Shown here in pieces: positions 52,001 to 61,000 of a DNA stretch of 64,000 nucleotides. The notes beneath the pieces were generated by a model, which made no database searches, was not told the DNA's origin, and worked only from the letters and a program-made list of their open reading frames with translations. Position 1 is the first letter of the stretch, and each line of letters starts with the position of its first letter. Both the position numbers and the translations under genes were made by a program. The stretch comes from the human T2T-CHM13v2.0 reference genome, Homo sapiens, in NCBI RefSeq assembly GCF_009914755.1, contig NC_060929.1. One strand, written 5' to 3'.

Positions 52001-55000
52001 TCAGCCGCTTTGAGGTCAATGGTAGAAAAGGAAATATCTTCGTATAAAAACTAGACAGAATGATTCTCAGAAACTTCTTTGTGATGTGTGCGTTCAACTC
52101 ACAGAGTTTAACCTTTCTTTTCATAGAGCAGTTAGGAAACACTCTGTTTGTAAACTCTGCAAGTGGATATTCAGACCTCTTCGAGGCCTTCGTTGGAAAC
52201 GGGATTTCTTCATACTGTGCTAGACAGAAGAATTCTCAGTAACTTCCTTGTGTTGTGTGTATTCAACTCACAGAGTTGAACGATCCTTTACACAGAGCAG
52301 ACTTGGAACACTCTTTTTGTGGAATTTGCAAGTGGAGATTTCAGCCGCGTTGAGGTCAATGGTAGAAAAGGAAATATCTTCGTATAAAAACTAGACAGAA
52401 TGATTCTCAGGAACTCCTTTGAGATGTGTGTGTTCAACTCACAGAGTTTAACCTTTCTTTTCATAGAGCAGTTAGGAATCACTCTGTTTGTAAAGTCTGC
52501 AAGTGGATATTCAGACCTCTTTGAGGCCTTCGTTGGAAACGGGTTTTTTTCATATAAGGCTAGACAGAAGAATTCCCAGTAACTTCCTTGTGTTGTGTGT
52601 GTTCAACTCACAGAGTTGAACTTTCATTTACACAGAGCAGATTTGAAACACTCTTTTTGTGGAATTTGCAAATGGAGATTTCAAGCGCTTTGAGGCCAAA
52701 GGCAGAAAAGGAAATATCTTCGTATAAAAACTAGACAGAATCATTCTCAGAAACTGCTCTGCGATGTGTGCGTTCAACTCTCAGAGTTTAACTTTGCTTT
52801 TCATTCAGCAGTTTGGAAACACTCTGTTTGTAAAGTCTGCACGTGGATAATTTGACCACTTAGAGGCCTTCGTTGGAAACGGGTTTTTTTCATGTAAGGC
52901 TAGACAGAAGAATTCTCAGTAACTTCCTTGTGTTGTGTGTATTCAACTCACAGAGTTGAACGATCCTTTACACAGAGCAGACTTGTAACACTCTTTTTGT
53001 GGAATTTGCAAGTGGAGATTTCAGCCGCTTTGAAGTCAAAGGTAGAAAAGGAAATATCTTCCTATAAAAACTACACAGAATTATTCTCAGAAACTCCTTT
53101 GTGATGTGTGCGTTCAACTCACAGAGTTTAACCTTTCTTTTCATAGAGGAGTTAGGAAACACTCTGTTTGTAAAGTCTGCAAGTGGATATTCAGACCTCT
53201 TTGAGGCCTTCGTTGGAAACGGGTTTTTTTCATATAAGGCTAGACAGAAGAATTCCCAGTAACTTCCTTGTGTTGTGTGTGTTCAACTCACAGAGTTGAA
53301 CTTTCATTTACACAGAGCAGATTTGAAACACTCTTTTTGTGGAATTTGCAAGTGGAGATTTCAAGCGCTTTGAGGACAAAGGCAGAAAAGGAAATATCTT
53401 CGTATAAAAACTAGACAGAATCATTCTCAGAAACTGCTCTGCGATGTGTGCGTTCAACTCTCAGAGTTTAACTTTTCTTTTCATTCAGCAGTTTGGAAAC
53501 ACTCTGTTTGTAAAGTCTGCACGTGGATAATTTGACCACTTAGAGGCCTTCGTTGGAAACGGGTTTTTTTCATGTAAGGCTAGACAGAAGAGTTCTCAGT
53601 AACTTCCTTGTGTTGTGTGTATTCAACTCACACAGTTGAACGATCCTTTACAGAGAGCAGACTTGTAACACTCTTTTTGTGGAATTTGCAAGTGGAGATT
53701 TCAGCCGCTTTGAAGTCAAAGTAGAAAAGGAAATATCTTCCTATAAAAACTAGACAGAATGATTCTCAGAAACTCCTTTGTGATGTGTGCGTTCAACTCA
53801 CAGAGTTTAACCTTTCTTTTCATAGAGCAGTTAGGAAACACTCTGTTTGTAAAGTCTGCAAGTGGATATTCAGACCTCTTTGAGGCCTTCGTTGGAAACG
53901 GGTTTTTTTCATATAAGGCTAGACAGAAGAATTCCCAGTAACTTCCTTGTGTTGTGTGTGTTCAACTCACAGAGTTGAACTTTCATTTACACAGAGCAGA
54001 TTTGAAACACTCTTTTTGTGGAATTTGCAGGTGGAGATTTCAAGCGCTTTGAGGCCAAAGGCAGAAAAGGAAATATCTTCGTATAAAAACTAGACAGAAT
54101 CATTCTCAGAAACTGCTCTGCGATGTGTGCGTTCAACTCTCAGAGTTTAACTTTTCTTTTCATTCAGCAGTTTGGAAACACTCTGTTTGTAAAGTCTGCA
54201 CGTGGATAATTTGACCACTTAGAGGCCTTCGTTGGAAACGGGTTTTTTTCATGTAAGGCTAGACAGAAGAATTCTCAGTAACTTCCTTGTGTTGTGTGTA
54301 TTCAACTCACAGAGTTGAACGATCCTTTACACAGAGCAGACTTGTAACACTCTTTTTGTGGAATTTGCAAGTGGAGATTTCAGCCGCTTTGAAGTCAAAG
54401 GTAGAAAAGGAAATATCTTCCTATAAAAACTAGACAGAATGATTCTCAGAAACTCCTTTGTGATGTGTGCGTTCAACTCACAGAGTTTAACCTTTCTTTT
54501 CATAGAGCAGTTAGGAAACACTCTGCTTGTAAAGTCTGCAAGTGGATATTCAGCCCTCTTTGAGGCCTTCGTTGGAAACGGGTTTTTTTCATATAAGGCT
54601 AGACAGAAGAATTCCCAGTAACTTCCTTGTGTTGTGTGTGTTCAACTCACAGAGTTGAACTTTGATTTACACAGAGCAGATTTGAAACACTCTTTTTGTG
54701 GAATTTGCAAGTGGAGATTTCAAGCGCTTTGAGGCCAAAGGCAGAAAAGGAAATATCTTCGTATAAAAACTAGACAGAATCATTCTCAGAAACTGCTCTG
54801 CGATGTGTGCGTTCAACTCTCAGAGTTTAACTTTTCTTTTCATTCAGCAGTTTGGAAACACTCTGTTTGTAAAGTCTGCACGTGGATATTTTGACCACTT
54901 AGAGGCCTTCGTTGGAAACGGGTTTTTTTCCTGTAAGGCTAGACAGAAGAATTCCCAGTAACTTCCTTGTGTTGTGTACATTCAACTCACAGAGTTGAAC

Positions 55001-58000
55001 GTTCCCTTAGACAGAGCAGATTTGAAACACACTTTTTGTGCAATTGGCAAGTGGAGATTTCAAGCGCTTTAAGGTCAATGGCAGAAAAGCAAATATCTTC
55101 GTTTCAAAACTAGACAGAATCATTCCCACAAACTGCGTTGTGATGTGTTCGTTCATCTCACAGAGTTTAACCTTTCCTTTCATAGAGCAGTTAGGAAACA
55201 CTCTGTTTGTAAATTCTGTGAGTGGATATTCTGACATCTTGTGGCCTTCGTTGGAAACGGGATTTCTTCATATTCTGCTAGACAGAAGAATTCTCAGAAT
55301 CTTCCTTGTGTTGTGTGTATTCAACTCACACAGTTGAACGATGGTTTACACAGAGCAGATTTGAAACACTCTTTTTGTGGAATTTGCAAGTGGAGATTTC
55401 AGCCGCTTTGAGGTCAATGGTAGAAAAGGAAATATCTTCGTATAAAAACTAGACAGAATGATTCTCAGAAACTTCTTTGTGATGTGTGCGTTCAACTCAC
55501 AGAGTTTAACCTTTCTTTTCATAGAGCAGTTAGGAAACACTCTGTTTGTAAACTCTGCAAGTGGATATTCAGACCTCTTTGAGGCCTTCGTTGGAAACGG
55601 GATTTCTTCATACTGTGCTAGACAGAAGAATTCTCAGTAACTTCGTTGTGTTGTGTGTATTCAACTCACAGAGTTGAACGATCCTTTACACAGAGCAGAC
55701 TTGAAACACTCTTTTTGTGGAATTTGCAAGTGGAGATTTCAGCCGCGTTGAGGTCAATGGTAGAAAAGGAAATATCTTCGTATAAAAACTAGACAGAATG
55801 ATTCTCAGAAACTCCTGTGTGATGTGTGCGTTCAACTCACAGAGTTTAACCTTTCTTTTCATAGAGCAGTTAGGAAACACTCTGTTTCTAAAGTCTGCAA
55901 GTGGATATTCAGACCTCTTTGAGGCCTTCGTTGGAAACGGGTTTTTTTCATATAAGGCTAGACAGAAGAATTCCCAGTAACTTCCTTGTGTTGTGTGTGT
56001 TCAACTCACAGAGTTGAACTTTCATTTACACAGAGCAGATTTGAAACACTCTTTTTGTGGAATTTGCAAATGGAGATTTCAAGCGCTTTGAGGCCAAAGG
56101 CAGAAAAGGAAATATCTTCGTATAAAAACTAGACAGAATCATTCTCAGAAACTGCTGTGCGATGTGTGTGTTCAACTCTCAGAGTTTAACTTTGCTTTTC
56201 ATTCAGCAGTTTGGAAACACTCTGTTTGTAAAGTCTGCACGTGGATAATTTGACCACTTAGAGGCCTTCGTTGGAAACGGGTTTTTTTCATGTAAGGCTG
56301 GACAGAAGAATTCTCAGTAACTTCCTTGTGTGGTGTGTATTCAACTCACAGAGTTGAACGATCCTTTACACAGAGCAGACTTGTAACACTCTTTTTGTGG
56401 AATTTGCAAGTGGAGATTTCAGCCGCTTTGAAGTCAAAGGTAGAAAAGGAAATATCTTCCTATAAAAACTACACAGAATTATTCTCAGAAACTCCTTTGT
56501 GATGTGTGCGTTCAACTCACAGAGTTTAACCTTTCTTTTCATAGAGGAGTTAGGAAACACTCTGTTTGTAAAGTCTGCAAGTGGATATTCAGACCTCTTT
56601 GAGGCCTTCGTTGGAAACGGGTTTTTTTCATATAAGGCTAGACAGAAGAATTCCCAGTAACTTCCTTGTGTTGTGTGTGTTCAACTCACAGAGTTGAACT
56701 TTCATTTACACAGAGCAGATTTGAAACACTCTTTTTGTGGAATTTGCAATTGGAGATTTCAAGCGCTTTGAGGCCAAAGGCAGAAAAGGAAATATCTTCG
56801 TATAAAAACTAGACAGAATCATTCTCAGAAACTGCTCTGCGATGTGTGCGTTCAACTCTCAGAGTTTAACTTTTCTTTTCATTCAGCAGTTTGGAAACAC
56901 TCTGTTTGTAAAGTCTGCACGTGGATAATTTGACCACTTAGAGGCCTTCATTGGAAACGGGTTTTTTTCATGTAAGGCTAGACAGAAGAGTTCTCAGTAA
57001 CTTCCTTGTGTTGTGTGCATTCAACTCACACAGTTGAACGATCCTTTACAGAGAGCAGACTTGTAACACTCTTTTTGTGGAATTTGCAAGTGGAGATTTC
57101 AGCCGCTTTGAAGTCAAAGTAGAAAAGGAAATATCTTCCTATAAAAACTAGACAGAATGATTCTCAGAAACTCCTTTGTGATGTGTGCGTTCAACTCACA
57201 GAGTTTAACCTTTCTTTTCATAGAGCAGTTAGGAAACACTCTGCTTGTAAAGTCTGCAAGTGGATATTCAGCCCTCTTTGAGGCCTTCGTTGGAAACGGG
57301 TTTTTTTCATATAAGGCTAGACAGAAGAATTCCCAGTAACTTCCTTGTGTTGTGTGTGTTCAACTCACAGAGTTGAACTTTCATTTACACAGAGCAGATT
57401 TGAAACACTCTTTTTGTGGAATTTGCAAGTGGAGATTTCAAGCGCTTTGAGGCCAAAGGCAGAAAAGGAAATATCTTCGTATAAAAACTAGACAGAATCA
57501 TTCTCAGAAACTGCTCTGCGATGTGTGCGTTCAACTCTCAGAGTTTAACTTTTCTTTTCATTCAGCAGTTTGGAAACACTCTGTTTGTAAAGTCTGCACG
57601 TGGATATTTTGACCACTTAGAGGCCTTCGTTGGAAACGGGTTTTTTTCCTGTAAGGCTAGACAGAAGAATTCCCAGTAACTTCCTTGTGTTGTGTACATT
57701 CAACTCACAGAGTTGAAAGTTCCCTTAGACAGAGCAGATTTGAAACACTCTTTTTGTGCAATTGGCAAGTGGAGATTTCAAGCGCTTTAAGGTCAATGGC
57801 AGAAAAGGAAATATCTTCGTTTCAAAACTAGACAGAATCATTCCCACAAACTGCGTTGTGATGTGTTCGTTCAACTCACAGAGTTTAACCTTTCTTTTCA
57901 TAGAGCAGTTAGGAAACAGTCTGTTTGAAAATTCTGTAAGGGGATATTCTGACATCTTGTGGCCTTCGTTGGAAACGGGATTTCTTCATATTCTGCTAGA

Positions 58001-61000
58001 CAGAAGAATTCTCAGAATCTTCCTTGTGTTGTGTGTATTCAACTCACAGAGTTGAACGATAGTTTACACAGAGCAGATTTGAAACACTCATTTGGTGGAA
58101 TTTGCAAGTGGAGATTTCAGCCGCTTTGAGGTCAATGGTAGAAAAGGAAATATCTTCGTATAACAACCAGACAGAATGATTCTCAGAAACTTCTTTGTGA
58201 TGTGTGTGTTCAACTCACAGTGTTTAACCTTTCTTTTCATAGAGCAGTTAGGAAACACTGTGTTTTTAAACTCTGCAAGTGGATATTCAGACCTCTTTGA
58301 GGCCTTCGTTGGAAACGGGTTTCTTCATACTGTGCTAGACAGAAGAATTCTCAGTAACTTCCTTGTGTTGTGTGTATTCAACTCACAGAGTTGAACGATC
58401 CTTTACACAGAGCAGACTTGAAACACTCTTTTTGTGGAATTTGCAAGTGGAGATTTCAGCCGCGTTGAGGTCAATGGTAGAAAAGGAAATATCTTCGTAT
58501 AAAAACTAGACAGAATGATTCTCAGAAACTCCTTTGTGATGTGTGTGTTCAACTCACAGAGTTTAACCTTTCTTTTCATAGAGCAGTTAGGAATCACTCT
58601 GTTTGTAAAGTCTGCAAGTGGATATTCAGACCTCTTTGAGGCCTTCGTTGGAAACGGGTTTTTTTCATATAAGGCTAGACAGAAGAATTCCCAGTAACTT
58701 CCTTGTGTTGTGTGTGTTCAACTCACAGAGTTGAACTTTCATTTACACAGAGCAGATTTGAAACACTCTTTTTGTGGAATTTGCAAATGGAGATTTCAAG
58801 CGCTTTGAGGCCAAAGGCAGAAAAGGAAATATCTTCGTATAAAAACTAGACAGAATCATTCTCAGAAACTGCTCTGCGATGTGTGCGTTCAACTCTCAGA
58901 GTTTAACTTTGCTTTTCATTCAGCAGTTTGGAAACACTCTGTTTGTAAAGTCTGCACGTGGATAATTTGACCACTTAGAGGCCTTCGTTGGAAACGGGTT
59001 TTTTTCATGTAAGGCTAGACAGAAGAATTCTCAGTAACTTCCTTGTGTTGTGTGTATTCAACTCAAAGAGTTGAACGATCCTTTACACAGAGCAGACTTG
59101 TAACACTCTTTTTGTGGAATTTGCAAGTGGAGATTTCAGCCGCTTTGAAGTCAAAGGTAGAAAAGGAAATATCTTCCTATAAAAACTACACAGAATTATT
59201 CTCAGAAACTCCTTTGTGATGTGTGCGTTCAACTCACAGAGTTTAACCTTTCTTTTCATAGAGGAGTTAGGAAACACTCTGTTTGTAAAGTCTGCAAGTG
59301 GATATTCAGACCTCTTTGAGGCCTTCGTTGGAAACGGGTTTTTTTCATATAAGGCTAGACAGAAGAATTCCCAGTAACTTCCTTGTGTTGTGTGTGTTCA
59401 ACTCACAGAGTTGAACTTTCATTTACACAGAGCAGATTTGAAACACTCTTTTTGTGGAATTTGCAATTGGAGATTTCAAGCGCTTTGAGGCCAAAGGCAG
59501 AAAAGGAAATATCTTCGTATAAAAACTAGACAGAATCATTCTCAGAAACTGCTCTGTGATGTGTGCGTTCAACTCTCAGAGTTTAACTTTTCTTTTCATT
59601 CAGCAGTTTGGAAACACTCTGTTTGTAAAGTCTGCACGTGGATAATTTGACCACTTAGAGGCCTTCGTTGGAAACGGGTTTTTTTCATGTAAGGCTAGAC
59701 AGAAGAGTTCTCAGTAACTTCCTTGTGTTGTGTGTATTCAACTCACACAGTTGAACGATCCTTTACAGAGAGCAGAGTTGTAACACTCTTTTTGTGGAAT
59801 TTGCAAGTGGAGATTTCAGCCGCTTTGAAGTCAAAGTAGAACAGGAAATATCTTCCTATAAAAACTAGACAGAATGATTCTCAGAAACTCCTTTGTGATG
59901 TGTGCATTCAACTCACAGAGTTTAACCTTTCTTTTCATAGAGCAGTTAGGAAACACTCTGTTTGTAAAGTCTGCAAGTGGATATTCAGACCTCTTTGAGG
60001 CCTTCGTTGGAAACGGGTTTTTTTCATATAAGGCTAGACAGAAGAATTCCCAGTAACTTCCTTGTGTTGTGTGTGTTCAACTCACAGAGTTGAACTTTCA
60101 TTTACACAGAGCAGATTTGAAACACTCTTTTTGTGGAATTTGCAGGTGGAGATTTCAAGCGCTTTGAGGCCAAAGGCAGAAAAGGAAATATCTTCGTATA
60201 AAAACTAGACAGAATCATTCTCAGAAACTGCTCTGCGATGTGTGCGTTCAACTCTCAGAGTTTAACTTTTCTTTTCATTCAGCAGTTTGGAAACACTCTG
60301 TTTGTAAAGTCTGCACGTGGATAATTTGACCACTTAGAGGCCTTCGTTGGAAACGGGTTTTTTTCATGTAAGGCTAGACAGAAGAATTCTCAGTAACTTC
60401 CTTGTGTTGTGTGTATTCAACTCACACAGTTGAACGATCCTTTACACAGAGCAGACTTGTAACACTCTTTTTGTGGAATTTGCAAGTGGAGATTTCAGCC
60501 GCTTTGAAGTCAAAGGTAGAAAAGGAAATATCTTCCTATAAAAACTAGACAGAATGATTCTCAGAAACTCCTTTGTGATGTGTGCGTTCAACTCACAGAG
60601 TTTAACCTTTCTTTTCATAGAGCAGTTAGGAAACACTCTGCTTGTAAAGTCTGCAAGTGGATATTCAGCCCTCTTTGAGGCCTTCGTTGGAAACGGGTTT
60701 TTTTCATATAAGGCTAGACAGAAGAATTCCCAGTAACTTCCTTGTGTTGTGTGTGTTCAACTCACAGAGTTGAACTTTGATTTACACAGAGCAGATTTGA
60801 AACACTCTTTTTGTGGAATTTGCAAGTGGAGATTTCAAGCGCTTTGAGGCCAAAGGCAGAAAAGGAAATATCTTCGTATAAAAACTAGACAGAATCATTC
60901 TCAGTAACTGCTCTGCGATGTGTGCGTTCAACTCTCAGAGTTTAACTTTTCTTTTCATTCAGCAGTTTGGAAACACTCTGTTTGTAAAGTCTGCACGTGG